Origin: Candidatus Odinarchaeota archaeon
Lineage (GTDB): Archaea > Asgardarchaeota > Baldrarchaeia > Baldrarchaeales > DXJG01
DNA length: 38,381 nt
NCBI GenBank assembly: GCA_021158895.1
Contig: JAGGSW010000033.1
Location: forward strand, 1-38,381
Direction: 5' to 3'
The position numbers and the translations under genes were made by a program. Below the pieces are notes generated by a model that saw only the letters and a program-made list of their open reading frames with translations, ran no database searches and had not been told where the DNA came from. Position 1 is the first letter of the stretch, and each line of letters starts with the position of its first letter. Below are positions 9,726 through 19,385 of this stretch, one piece after another.

Positions 9726-9947
9726 CTATTTTTTCTCTTTTGAAAGCCACCATTCTAAGTACTCTCTTCTCCTTCTCTTTCTCTCTTCCTCTTCTGTAAG
9801 GTAGTTTTTTCTTTGCTCATTTCTAATTCTATCTAGTTCTTCTCTTTTTAAGGAAAGCCCGCATGTTTTACAAACATACATAAATCTATTGCGGTCCCAT
9901 TTCATTTCTCCTCCACATTCCGGACATATGGGCATATTTACCACCAT
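9726..9947 (-). CDS. Small zinc-ribbon protein with a highly charged C-terminal tail.
   Basis: 73 aa with CPECG...17 aa...CKTCG followed by an Arg/Glu/Lys-rich helix. Its ATG directly abuts the TAA of the upstream radical-SAM gene. The alternative start MPICPECG is at 9935. Confidence 0.55.
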   Translation of the reverse strand: MVVNMPICPECGGEMKWDRNRFMYVCKTCGLSLKREELDRIRNEQRKNYLTEEEERKRRRREYLEWWLSKEKK

Positions 9948-11003
9948 TTAAATTATAAATGACATCCATCCACCTCTTTTAACAAATTTTCCTTTTATAG
10001 CTATTTTTTCACCACAATATTTACATTTATTTCCTTCGGCTAAATTCCATTCAACTACATCAAAACCGAATCGTCTCACCAAAAGCTTACCACAGTTCGG
10101 ACAATAAGTATTTTCACCGTCGTGACCCGGAACATTACCTATATACACATAATACACTCCTTCTTCTAAAGCTATTTTTCTAGCTTTTTCTATGGTGGAT
10201 ACTTGGGTTGGTGATACATAAGTCATTTTGTAATGGGGATAGAACCTCGAAAAGTGTAGAGGGGTATCGGGGCCGAGACTTTCAACCAGCCACTTGCAGA
10301 GAGATCTAATCTCGTCTGTATCATCATTATAGCCTGGAATAATAAGGTTGGTGATTTCAACATGTACGCCTTTTTCCTTCATCATTTCGCATGCTTCGAG
10401 TACAGGTTTTAAACTCGGTGCTCCACATAGCTCTTGATAAAAACTATCTTTAAAAGCTTTAACGTCAACATTAGCAGCGTCTATATGTGGTAAGAGTTCT
10501 TCTAATGCTTCCAGGGTAATATAACCGTTAGTGACAAGAACGTTGAATATGCCTTCTTTATGTGCAATTTTGGATACGTCGAAGACATACTCCCACCAAA
10601 TTATTGGTTCATTATATGTGTAAGCAATAGATTCACATTTGTAGCGCTTTGCTAATTCTACTATTTTTTCCGGTGAAATTTCTTCAGTTTTTATTTGACC
10701 TGGCGACGATTGTGATAAATGCCAGTTTTGACAAAATTTGCAGAAAAGATTACAGCCTACTGATGATATTGAAAACGCTAAACTTCCGGGGTAGAAGTTG
10801 AAAAGCGGCTTTTTCTCTATTGGATCAACGGCCATTGCTGATACTGATCCGTAAATTAATGTATACAATTTTCCATCTATGTTTTTTCTTGTTCTACATG
10901 CACCCACTTTATTGATTTCTAATACACAATGTCGTGGGCAGAGATCACATCTCACCCTGTTATCTGGTAGCTTCGTGTAAGGTGCAGTTGCTTCCTTTAT
11001 CAT
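9948..11003 (-). CDS. amrS: AmmeMemoRadiSam-system radical SAM enzyme (PflA-like activase).
   Basis: 351 aa. Contains an N-terminal Cys cluster (CDLCPRHCVL...GACRTR), the radical-SAM motif GCNLFCKFCQNWHLSQ, and a C-terminal zinc ribbon (CPNCG...CKYCG). Confidence 0.8.
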   Translation of the reverse strand: MIKEATAPYTKLPDNRVRCDLCPRHCVLEINKVGACRTRKNIDGKLYTLIYGSVSAMAVDPIEKKPLFNFYPGSLAFSISSVGCNLFCKFCQNWHLSQSSPGQIKTEEISPEKIVELAKRYKCESIAYTYNEPIIWWEYVFDVSKIAHKEGIFNVLVTNGYITLEALEELLPHIDAANVDVKAFKDSFYQELCGAPSLKPVLEACEMMKEKGVHVEITNLIIPGYNDDTDEIRSLCKWLVESLGPDTPLHFSRFYPHYKMTYVSPTQVSTIEKARKIALEEGVYYVYIGNVPGHDGENTYCPNCGKLLVRRFGFDVVEWNLAEGNKCKYCGEKIAIKGKFVKRGGWMSFII

Positions 11004-11201
11004 TTTGCTTCCTCCTACTCGTATTCACCATTGTTTTGAATAAAAGTCTTTCTATACTTTTGTAAATTATCTAGTTTAGAATTAGCATCTTCCGATACAT
11101 GTTAATAACTATTAATCTTATGTGTAGTTAATTTGAAAACTAAATTCATGATTTTATTATGAACAATCGCTATTAAACTCACGCACGATTAGTGAAAGAA
11201 G

Positions 11202-12248
11202 GTGCAACATATGGGTCAATATTTCTTTGTTGTTTCGGGGGAACTGGAGTCTTTACCTTTTGCCGAGATAAAAGCTATTTTAGAAAGTGAAAATATCAAC
11301 TACAGAGTTATTGACACGTTGGATCAAGTAATTATATTAGAATGCTCTGACAACCCGTGCAAAATTATTGCTAAACGAGCTGCTTATACACATGTATGTT
11401 GCAAGCTAATATTTTATTGCGAAGCTAACATTTTTGATATCGAAAGCCGTATAAAGGACTTATCATTTGATGATTTTTTGACCGGGAAATCTAGTTTCTC
11501 TATTAGAGTTAAACGTATAAAACAATCTTCTCCCCACATAAGTACCATCAAATTAGCGAAACATATCGGGAAAAACATACTGAAAGATGTAAAGAATATC
11601 AAAGTTGACTTAGAAACCCCTGATATTTCCTTTTACGGCGTTTTAACAGGAGAGGATTTCATTTTTGGTATTTGTGAAGCTGAAATTGATCGAGGCGCCT
11701 TTAATTTCAGGGCTACACATTTGCGTCCATATATGCATCCAAGTTCTATGAGCCCGTTCCTTTCTAGACTTTTAGTTAATCTTTCTAGAGCGAGAAATAA
11801 CAGTATTTTCTACGATCCTTTTTGTGGAGCAGGTGGGATTCTAATTGAAGCTGCCTTAATAGGCTGTAGAATTATTGGTTCCGATATCAGCCCTAAAATG
11901 GTTAAAGGCGCTATGTATAATTTGAGACATTACGGTTTAAATGTAAATGCGCTACTTGTTGCCGATGCGAGACACGCAAGAATTTTGGAAGTTGATTCTA
12001 TTAGTACTGATCCCCCCTATGGGATTTCTTCCTCTACCATGGGTAGTCCTCTTAAAAAACTAATTTACGAATTTATTGAAAATATTCCATCAATGCTCAG
12101 AAAAGGGAGTTGTGCTGTGGTTGCTACCCCTATTTGGGTTCCAACGGAAGAATTTATCGTGTCTTCCGGCCTTAAACTTGTTGAAGTTTATTTAATGCGT
12201 GTTCATAAGAGTTTAATACGTAAAATAATCATTTTTAGAAATATATGA
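11202..12248 (+). CDS. THUMP-domain tRNA (guanine-N2)-methyltransferase, Trm11/Trm-G10 family.
   Basis: 348 aa with an N-terminal THUMP-like region, a SAM-binding motif (DPFCGAGGILIEA) and a DPPYG catalytic motif. The likely true start is ATG 11211, 6 nt after GGTG. Confidence 0.8.
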   Translation: MQHMGQYFFVVSGELESLPFAEIKAILESENINYRVIDTLDQVIILECSDNPCKIIAKRAAYTHVCCKLIFYCEANIFDIESRIKDLSFDDFLTGKSSFSIRVKRIKQSSPHISTIKLAKHIGKNILKDVKNIKVDLETPDISFYGVLTGEDFIFGICEAEIDRGAFNFRATHLRPYMHPSSMSPFLSRLLVNLSRARNNSIFYDPFCGAGGILIEAALIGCRIIGSDISPKMVKGAMYNLRHYGLNVNALLVADARHARILEVDSISTDPPYGISSSTMGSPLKKLIYEFIENIPSMLRKGSCAVVATPIWVPTEEFIVSSGLKLVEVYLMRVHKSLIRKIIIFRNI

Positions 12249-12249
12249 G

Positions 12250-13176
12250 GTGTCCGATTTGAAAGTCATTTTTTTGGGAACCTCGGGTGGCGTGCCAACA
12301 AAAGAAAGAGGATTACCAGCCATTGCCATTAGGAAAGAAAGAGAATTGCTACTTTTTGATTGTGGAGAGGGTACTCAAAGACAAATGTTTAGATTTAATT
12401 TAAAAATAGGAAAATTATCTAAAATATTTATTACTCACCTTCATGGTGATCATGTACTTGGCGTACCAGGTTTAATTCAAACTTTTTCACTTCTAGGTCG
12501 AAGTAAGCCTCTAGAAATTTATGGTCCTCCAGGTTTACACGGGTTTCTTGAATCCATTTTAAAAACTGTTAAATTTACATTAACTTTCGATATAAAAGTC
12601 CACGAAGTCGAAAAAGGAGTTGTGGTCGACAGCCGAAATTACTACGTAGAATGCATGCCAGTTGACCACGGAATTTATACTCTTGCCTACGCTTTAATTG
12701 AAAAGCCTAGACCCGGAAAATTTTCTCCTGAGAAAGCCGAGTCACTTGGAATACCTAGGGGTCCCTTGTGGAAGAAACTTCAATTAGGCGAACCAGTTAC
12801 GTTAAAAAATGGGAGAGTTATTCATCCAGAACAGGTTATCGGGAAGCCTAGACCTGGAAGAAAAATAGTTTATAGTGGGGATACTAGACCTTGTGATGAA
12901 ATGGTTAATTTTGCGCGCAAAGCTGATCTTCTAATTCATGATGGAACTTTTAGCTGGAGTTTAAGAGAGAAAGCTCTGGAGGGTGGCCATTCAACAATCG
13001 TTGATGCGGCGGAAATCGCTTTAAAGGCTGGTGTAAAAAAATTAGTACTCTTCCACATTAGTCCAAGATATACTAAGGATGATATACCAAAATTAGAGGA
13101 AGAGGCTAAAAACATATTTTCTGAGAGTATTATCTCCTATGATTTTTTAACTATCGATATACCTTATTCATCTTGA
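12250..13176 (+). CDS. rnz: Ribonuclease Z (tRNA 3' endonuclease).
   Basis: 308 aa with metallo-beta-lactamase motif HLHGDH and N-terminal VIFLGTSGGVP. The start is GTG 12250 or TTG 12259 after GAGGTG. It begins 1 nt after the upstream methyltransferase stop. Confidence 0.9.
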   Translation: MSDLKVIFLGTSGGVPTKERGLPAIAIRKERELLLFDCGEGTQRQMFRFNLKIGKLSKIFITHLHGDHVLGVPGLIQTFSLLGRSKPLEIYGPPGLHGFLESILKTVKFTLTFDIKVHEVEKGVVVDSRNYYVECMPVDHGIYTLAYALIEKPRPGKFSPEKAESLGIPRGPLWKKLQLGEPVTLKNGRVIHPEQVIGKPRPGRKIVYSGDTRPCDEMVNFARKADLLIHDGTFSWSLREKALEGGHSTIVDAAEIALKAGVKKLVLFHISPRYTKDDIPKLEEEAKNIFSESIISYDFLTIDIPYSS

Positions 13177-13598
13177 ATATCTATTTCAAATATGGGCTGT
13201 CCTCTTTTTGTTGGAGGTGCAAGCCAATCTATAACTTTATGAGGATCATCTGACGTAATTTGTACAACAATGGGGCCAAGGGGAGTTTCAGCATAAGCAT
13301 CGCAAAAATGTATCTTACCCATAAATGCAGCTTGTTTGCGAAGATAAAATATAATGGTATTCCCACTTATACTTCTTTTAAATACTGAGCGAGCTGTATC
13401 AAGTATCTTTTGTTCTCTTAACAAGCGGTGAAGAGATTTTAACCCTTTGCTTCCCTCTATTTCTCCTATTAGGTACGTTTTTCTACCTATTTTCTCTATT
13501 TTACAATCCATGTTTGGTATAATATTTTCAATTGCCTTTTTCACTTTATTTACGTCTTCAGTTGGATATATTGGAGTTTCAACTCTTATTTTTATCAT
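13164..13598 (-). CDS. UPF0201-family predicted RNA-binding protein (DUF54 type).
   Basis: 144 aa. The N-terminus IKIRVETPIYPTEDVNKVKKAIENI is typical of the archaeal UPF0201 family. It lies next to a P-loop kinase, as is common in archaea. Confidence 0.65.
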   Translation of the reverse strand: MIKIRVETPIYPTEDVNKVKKAIENIIPNMDCKIEKIGRKTYLIGEIEGSKGLKSLHRLLREQKILDTARSVFKRSISGNTIIFYLRKQAAFMGKIHFCDAYAETPLGPIVVQITSDDPHKVIDWLAPPTKRGQPIFEIDIQDE

Positions 13599-13619
13599 GA
13601 ATTAACCTCGATTACGTTG

Positions 13620-14270
13620 TTAGGTGTCAGAGGTCAAAATTATTAGAATGTTTTTTAAGATGCTAATCACTTTTTCCTTAAATTCCTCTTTGGTTCCTTT
13701 ATTTGCTATTTTGAAAAATCTTACGTTTTCTTTTAATATTTTTTCGGCAGTATTGATTACTTTTTTATATTTTTCGTCTTCCCAGACGTCTCTCTGTACA
13801 AATTCTTCTTCCTGAAGTTTGTCCTTCTCTCCTTCGCTTCTTTTAAGCACTCTTTTTAATCGGGTTTCTAGTGGGGCCTCTATTGCAATTAAGTAAAATA
13901 TGTCGTTGAACTTCTTGTTGAAATATTTGACTTCACCTGAATCTCTTATTCCATCAATAAATATGGCATCTGTGTCACGTTCTTCAATACGTTCATTTAG
14001 TAAATTGTAAGTTAAAATTGCTATGGCATCTTCGCCTAGTTCGTTTCTTGCAATATCACCTATTTCTTGGAACATGTATCTTTTTACTTCATTGTAGCTT
14101 TTTACACCAAATTTTTTTTCGAACAATTCTCTGTAATGGGTAAATAATGCATAGCTCATCTTTACGGAAAGAGAAGACCATCCGTTTTGTTTTAACCATT
14201 CTTTGGAAAAATTTATAAAAGTAGTTTTTCCGGAAGCAGGGAGGCCGCAAACTCCTAAAACCAGCTTCAA
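13620..14270 (-). CDS. P-loop nucleotide/nucleoside kinase-like protein (UPF0200 / dephospho-CoA-kinase-like).
   Basis: 216 aa with Walker A GLPASGKTT near the N-terminus and a size and layout typical of small NMP-kinase-fold proteins. Confidence 0.6.
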   Translation of the reverse strand: MKLVLGVCGLPASGKTTFINFSKEWLKQNGWSSLSVKMSYALFTHYRELFEKKFGVKSYNEVKRYMFQEIGDIARNELGEDAIAILTYNLLNERIEERDTDAIFIDGIRDSGEVKYFNKKFNDIFYLIAIEAPLETRLKRVLKRSEGEKDKLQEEEFVQRDVWEDEKYKKVINTAEKILKENVRFFKIANKGTKEEFKEKVISILKNILIILTSDT

Positions 14271-14319
14271 ATATTTTCACTCCCCGGTTAAAGGAACATA
14301 CCTGACCATCCGTTTTGTT

Positions 14320-15432
14320 TTAGTTGCTTTTTCGCAAATCTAGTGCTTCTTTTAAAATTTTTTCATCGATTACTTTTTTATTCTTTAAAATTGCCATGTG
14401 TAAAGCGTTCTTTAACACTTTCTCTTTTAGATCTCTACCGGAGAAACCTTCGGTTTCTTCTGCTAATTTCCATAAATTAGCCTTTACTGGGATAGGTAAA
14501 CGTTTAGCGTAAAGGGTTAATATTTGAAATCTTTCTTCTTTTGTGGGTAATGGAAATTCTATTTCCTCTTCGAACCTGTTTCTTATGGCTGGATCAAGCA
14601 ATTCTGGAGCATTTGTTGCACCAATGGTAACAATTCCTAGGTTAGGATGTAGTCCGTCCATTTCTGAAAGTAATGCATTAACTACTTCCGAAACGTCACC
14701 TCTAATAGATTGATATCTTCTATCTAGACCTATTGCATCAAGTTCATCTATGAAAATTATACAGGGAGCAGATTCTCTAGCTTCACCAAAAAGTTGGTGA
14801 ATTCTTCTCGCCCCATCTCCTACGTGAAGCCCAATAAGATCGGTTGCTCTAGTTAGGAAAATAGGTACATTTGTTTCGGAAGCTAAAGCTTTAGCCATCA
14901 TTGTTTTCCCAGTTCCAGGAGGCCCGTAGAAGAGTATATTTTTTGGAGCCCATTCTCCGAATTTTTCGGGATGTTCCAAATATTTTTGAATAATTTTACA
15001 TTTGCTCTTAGCTTTTTCATGGCCTATAACGTCTGAAAATTTTACTTTCGGAATTTCGCGAACAATCGGACTTACATTGGACACTTCAAGTTGAATCTTG
15101 GTTTTGCTACTAATTCTACCTCCGCTACGAGGTGAAACTTTTACTACTTCAAAGGCAAAATCGGGGTACATAAATTGATCAAAGAGAAAGTCTCCCTCTT
15201 TAACGTAAAAACCTGACCATTGTTCTTTAGCATATGCCTCAAAAAGCCTTAGATTATCTGTTGTAATTGCTGTAGGTCTGTCATCACTAATGGATCTAAG
15301 CGGATAACCCACTGGTTTCAAAACTACTAACTTTAGGGAAGGTATACTGATCCTTTTGCCACTTGCTTTTACCTTGTCTACCTCGCCAGCACTTGTCGAT
15401 GCATGACGTAATTTCTGGTTTTTTCGTGTCAC
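14320..15432 (-). CDS. AAA+ ATPase with a single AAA domain and a Cdc48-N-like beta-rich N-terminal domain (COG1223-type archaeal AAA).
   Basis: 370 aa with Walker [14 protein letters not shown], Walker [12 protein letters not shown], and second region of homology ([16 protein letters not shown]). GTG start preceded by GAGGTGAT. Confidence 0.85.
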   Translation of the reverse strand: MTRKNQKLRHASTSAGEVDKVKASGKRISIPSLKLVVLKPVGYPLRSISDDRPTAITTDNLRLFEAYAKEQWSGFYVKEGDFLFDQFMYPDFAFEVVKVSPRSGGRISSKTKIQLEVSNVSPIVREIPKVKFSDVIGHEKAKSKCKIIQKYLEHPEKFGEWAPKNILFYGPPGTGKTMMAKALASETNVPIFLTRATDLIGLHVGDGARRIHQLFGEARESAPCIIFIDELDAIGLDRRYQSIRGDVSEVVNALLSEMDGLHPNLGIVTIGATNAPELLDPAIRNRFEEEIEFPLPTKEERFQILTLYAKRLPIPVKANLWKLAEETEGFSGRDLKEKVLKNALHMAILKNKKVIDEKILKEALDLRKSN

Positions 15433-15710
15433 TTAATCACCTCATGATTTGGTAGTATTAGTCCTTTCTTTTCTCCTTTTTCCTTTTTACTTCAAAAAAC
15501 ATTTAAATCTTTTGTAATAAGTAGGAAAATTGTTGTAAGATTATTAATTTTAAATTGTAAAATGTTTTTGTTGTTTTTTGTTTCTTTATGGCGTGCTGTT
15601 TTATTTTCATTTACGTGCATAATTTGTAATCCTAGGTATTTTGACGGCCCGAGAAGTTAACAACTGCATCGACATTTTATTCCAATTAAATTTGATAGAA
15701 ATATTTTTGT

Positions 15711-16442
15711 TTATTTCTTTTTCATGTCGTTTTCTATTTTTGATAAATACCAATTATACTTCGGATCTTTCTTCAGTAGATCTTTCAATAAGTACGCGCC
15801 ATTCTTAACTATAAGCGAAAGGTAGGCAACTCGTCTTCCCAGACTCTCTGCAGCTCTGAGAGTGGTTTCCGCGTCAAAATCCTTTTGTTCGAGTAACCGT
15901 TCGAAACTGTCGGTGAACCACGATCTTTTTGTCCAGCCGTATGCACCTATATATGATTCTGGACCATCCCCTGCAATTGGGATACTTCCCATGACAAGTG
16001 CATGGGTTATGGCTTGGATCATTGTTAGTTCTGCTCCACCACCTAGATCTGTGCCTTGAGCTATTACACCTATAACCTTCATGAATTTGGGGGGAATATC
16101 TCCACTTGATCCATAGACGGTTTGTCCTAGTCTGTCTATGAAGGCTTTAAGATGAGCTGGCATACCTAGGTGATATACTGGTATACTGTATATTATTCCG
16201 TCAGCTTTTAACCATTTTTCCTTAAGTTCGTGAAAATCGTCTTTAACCATACAATCCTTATACTCTAAACATAACAAACAGAAATCACAGGTGTATATTG
16301 TCTTTCCCGCTAGTGTGTAAAACTCGGTCTCCACATATTCTGGTGCAACACTTTTTGCAGCCTCTAAAGATTTCTTTAACAAAAACTCGCTATTACCATG
16401 CCTAAGGCTTCCGCATATACCCAAAATCTTAACCTTAATCAT
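15711..16442 (-). CDS. Iron-sulfur flavoprotein / NADPH-dependent FMN reductase family.
   Basis: 243 aa with a flavodoxin-like N-terminus (KILGICGSLRHGNS) and a compact Cys motif CDFCLLCLEYKDC (CX2CX2CX5C) as in Isf proteins. Confidence 0.75.
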   Translation of the reverse strand: MIKVKILGICGSLRHGNSEFLLKKSLEAAKSVAPEYVETEFYTLAGKTIYTCDFCLLCLEYKDCMVKDDFHELKEKWLKADGIIYSIPVYHLGMPAHLKAFIDRLGQTVYGSSGDIPPKFMKVIGVIAQGTDLGGGAELTMIQAITHALVMGSIPIAGDGPESYIGAYGWTKRSWFTDSFERLLEQKDFDAETTLRAAESLGRRVAYLSLIVKNGAYLLKDLLKKDPKYNWYLSKIENDMKKK

Positions 16443-16486
16443 ATTTTAGCACCTTCACGAATTTATTTGCCTATAATTACAGATAT

Positions 16487-18436
16487 TCATATGGCTAACA
16501 GCTCCTCAACCTTTTTCGTAAAGCGAGACCACCACTCTTTTGCAGATTTTTCAAGGTTGCTTGTAAATTGTTTACACCATTCTTCTGATTCAAATTCGCA
16601 TGCAGCTGACTTCATTAACTCCAATAGTCTTTTACTGTCCCAGAATGTTGGCAAAGCATTCGCTTTCCTCTGATATTCCACTAGCAGTTTATAGTACTTC
16701 TTTGCATGTTCAAACGGATCGATATTTAGCCCATAAACTTCCCGATAGAGCTTTGATAATAGTCCCTCTGCTAATCTTCTGTGAAATCTGCACCAACCAG
16801 CATTGTCCATCGCATATTCTTTCACGGCTCTATCTAACGCTACTGATGCAAATAGTTCTGGGTCTGAAAAAACATTAGCATAGTAAGTCCAATACCTTCC
16901 AAGAACATACAATGGAGCTATCATTCCAGGAGTCCAATAGTAATTTGGTGTTATATGTCCATTTTCTCCATAAGGAACATAAACAGCTACGTCTTCAAAA
17001 CGTATATTTTGCTGTTCAATTCTATCTTTAAACATTTCGTCTAATTTTTTAGCAGCTGCCCTAAGACCATTATCCATAACTAATCCGAGTATGCTGTTAT
17101 CTCCCCGTATTATTTCATTAATAAGTTTAACAGCAAGTTGAGCATTATGTTTAGAATATTTAACGTCGTAATTCTGTGGATCAAAATAGGGTTTAGCATC
17201 AATTCCCACTTCTTCTGGTTTCAACAAATCTTTTTCAAGAAGTTCAAATATCCACCCTAAAATATTACCAGTTTCTATAGCATCTAAACCTGCTGAATCA
17301 ATTTCTCTTATGACCCTGTCGGCTTCATATATGTCGAAAACCCCTATCATTGGACCTGCGCCGTGATACGGTTCATAATCTACATGTTTACCTTGTCTAA
17401 CTTTTTTACATTTGACAGGGCACGGTTCTCCACACGTGAACCAGTTGCCAGTATCTATAGCTTCCTTTTTAAAGGGCTTATGGAAGTACTCCATTAGAAT
17501 GTTAAAGAGTTTTTTACGTTCCTCCTTAGATAGATATATCATTTTCCAATTAAATAAAGGAACTTTATCCTGATAGTGTGGATAATTTGAACCAAATGTT
17601 CCTCCAGCTCTATACTCATGCGCGTAGTGATACTTATTGGTTGAAAGACGTAGAGATTCAATATAGGAACTATCAAGAACTTCTGCAATAATACTATCCG
17701 CCACAATGAATTTTGATATATCTTTTAATGGGAAACGTGGCTGATACTGTCCTCCACCTATAATCCCTGCAATCCCGTGCGATCTAAGTAGAACGCTTCC
17801 CCCTCCACCTCTAGCAGCCCAATCTTCCACGAGTATTCGGCGCTGATTATAATCTAGGCTAGGAGCATAAAGTCCTGCCAGTGATGTTTTAGCGGCTGCG
17901 GGACCTACTAGAATCATACGCGCTCTATTCTCTCCAATAAAATCCCAATAATTATCAATTATATAATATGCCAGAGCCTCGGTTCCTTTGAAATTCTTAT
18001 AACCCGTATATATGTCCCAAAGTTTCCTTTCCTCCAATGTTATGATATTTACGTCTACTTTTCCGTTTTGGTCTCCTTTTACGAAAATTAATGAAGGCAA
18101 TTCAGATTTACCTTCAATGCAGATCGCATCAACACCTGTTCTCATGAAACTATAGGCAGCGCCGCCTACTGCTGATACATGTAAACCTCTAGTCAGGGGG
18201 CTTCTAAAAACGGCAATAAGTCTATGGCTTCCATAAAACATACTTCCTGCAAAAACACCTTTCCCAACAAGAAGAACATTATGTGAATCATAGACATCAT
18301 ATTTATAACTCTCATAGATGTCTAAATGCAATTTTATACCAGCATCTAAGGGGCCTAAAACATCATTCTCAGATTCTTCAACTCTAAATTTACCCGTTGA
18401 AGCATTGATGTAAAGTATCTTGTACTTAAGGCTCAC
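16487..18436 (-). CDS. Aldehyde:ferredoxin oxidoreductase family tungsto/molybdopterin enzyme; tentatively the GAPOR subfamily.
   Basis: 649 aa with AOR N-terminal and catalytic domains. From memory, the GSHRLIAVFRSPLTRG segment and the length resemble glyceraldehyde-3-phosphate:ferredoxin oxidoreductase rather than AOR proper. The subfamily call is unverified. GTG start after GGAGG. Confidence 0.8.
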   Translation of the reverse strand: MSLKYKILYINASTGKFRVEESENDVLGPLDAGIKLHLDIYESYKYDVYDSHNVLLVGKGVFAGSMFYGSHRLIAVFRSPLTRGLHVSAVGGAAYSFMRTGVDAICIEGKSELPSLIFVKGDQNGKVDVNIITLEERKLWDIYTGYKNFKGTEALAYYIIDNYWDFIGENRARMILVGPAAAKTSLAGLYAPSLDYNQRRILVEDWAARGGGGSVLLRSHGIAGIIGGGQYQPRFPLKDISKFIVADSIIAEVLDSSYIESLRLSTNKYHYAHEYRAGGTFGSNYPHYQDKVPLFNWKMIYLSKEERKKLFNILMEYFHKPFKKEAIDTGNWFTCGEPCPVKCKKVRQGKHVDYEPYHGAGPMIGVFDIYEADRVIREIDSAGLDAIETGNILGWIFELLEKDLLKPEEVGIDAKPYFDPQNYDVKYSKHNAQLAVKLINEIIRGDNSILGLVMDNGLRAAAKKLDEMFKDRIEQQNIRFEDVAVYVPYGENGHITPNYYWTPGMIAPLYVLGRYWTYYANVFSDPELFASVALDRAVKEYAMDNAGWCRFHRRLAEGLLSKLYREVYGLNIDPFEHAKKYYKLLVEYQRKANALPTFWDSKRLLELMKSAACEFESEEWCKQFTSNLEKSAKEWWSRFTKKVEELLAI

Positions 18437-18585
18437 TTAATAAACCTCCTTCTGAAGTATGAAAATTAAAGTCCTTTTAAATCTTTAGTCCCTCTCCTCG
18501 TAAAAAATATATTATATAAAAATCAAATTAGTTCCCTCAAAGCATTTAAAACCACATATCAAAAATAGTCCAAGAGGGAACAACT

Positions 18586-19152
18586 ATGGAAAAAATTAGA
18601 GCCTTTATAGCAATTGACATCGATGTCCCAGATATTGTAAACAAAATTATACAAATACAAAAAGAAATAGAAAGTTTAAATGCTGCAAAAATGAAGTCAG
18701 TGGAACCACAGAACCTTCATTACACAATACGCTTCCTAGGAAACATAACAAACGAACAAGTGGATGAGATATACAAAATAATGCAAAAAGTTGAAATAGA
18801 ACCATTCCAACTCATTGTGAAAGGAATAGGAGCATTCCCAAGTATTAGTAGACCTAGGGTGATTTGGGTAGGAGCTGGAGAAGGCTCTGAAAAAATTATA
18901 AATATATATAACCAAATAGAAAAGGGATTAAGAAAATTGGGCTTTAAATCAGAAGGAAAACAATATGTACCTCATTGCACAATTTTCAGAGTAAAATTCA
19001 TCACTAAAAAACCGATGTTAACTAAAAAGCTAATGGATTTAACGGATATCACACTAGGGGAAATGGAGGTAAAATCTGTGAGACTAAAAAGAAGCCAGCT
19101 AACACCAAAAGGCCCTATATACACTACACTAAGAGAAATAAAAGTAAAATAG
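18586..19152 (+). CDS. thpR: RNA 2',3'-cyclic phosphodiesterase (2H family, ThpR/LigT).
   Basis: 188 aa with two HxT motifs (HYTIRFLG and HCTIFRV) at the expected spacing. Confidence 0.85.
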   Translation: MEKIRAFIAIDIDVPDIVNKIIQIQKEIESLNAAKMKSVEPQNLHYTIRFLGNITNEQVDEIYKIMQKVEIEPFQLIVKGIGAFPSISRPRVIWVGAGEGSEKIINIYNQIEKGLRKLGFKSEGKQYVPHCTIFRVKFITKKPMLTKKLMDLTDITLGEMEVKSVRLKRSQLTPKGPIYTTLREIKVK

Positions 19153-19310
19153 ATATATGAACTTAAAATTAAGCTAAACTAGCTTCACGTAATGCAAGAT
19201 AAACCTTAAATGTCAAATATATAGATACAACTCAGATATAACAGCCAGCCAAAAACCGTCCAACCCACTTACGCAGATTTTCCAAAACTAAAGATGGGGC
19301 CGTAGTCTAG

Positions 19311-19335
19311 AGGAAAGCAAAAGCCTTCCGGAGAA
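19311..19335 (+). other. Non-canonical tRNA intron in the D-loop (about position 15/16, about 25 nt); boundaries uncertain by about 2 nt.
   Basis: There are 34 nt between the D-stem halves, where 8-9 nt are expected. Removing AGGAAAGCAAAAGCCTTCCGGAGAA leaves the standard D-loop AGCTTGGTA. The insert forms the hairpin GGAAAGC-AAAA-GCCTTCC, flanked by TCT:AGA pairing and a 3-nt AGA bulge. This is a relaxed bulge-helix-bulge. Confidence 0.6.
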
Positions 19336-19358
19336 CTTGGTAGGATGCCAGCCTGGGG

Positions 19359-19385
19359 ACCTGCAAAACTAAAAGCAGGCCAGTC
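19359..19385 (+). other. Canonical 37/38 tRNA intron (27 nt) with a textbook hBHBh' motif.
   Basis: The motif reads outward to inward as follows: anticodon stem; 4-bp central helix CTGG (19353-56):CCAG (19380-83); 3-nt bulges GGA (19357-59) and TCC (19384-86); inner helix CCTGC:GCAGG. Confidence 0.8.

Noticed and set aside
15433-15710. A 278-bp intergenic gap, long for this window, examined for an ncRNA, a small ORF or a mobile-element remnant.
   Set aside because: It is uniformly AT-rich. It has no stable stem-loops, no C/D or H/ACA boxes, no repeats shared with other spacers, and only trivially short ORFs. It most likely holds just the promoter and leader of the AAA+ ATPase gene.
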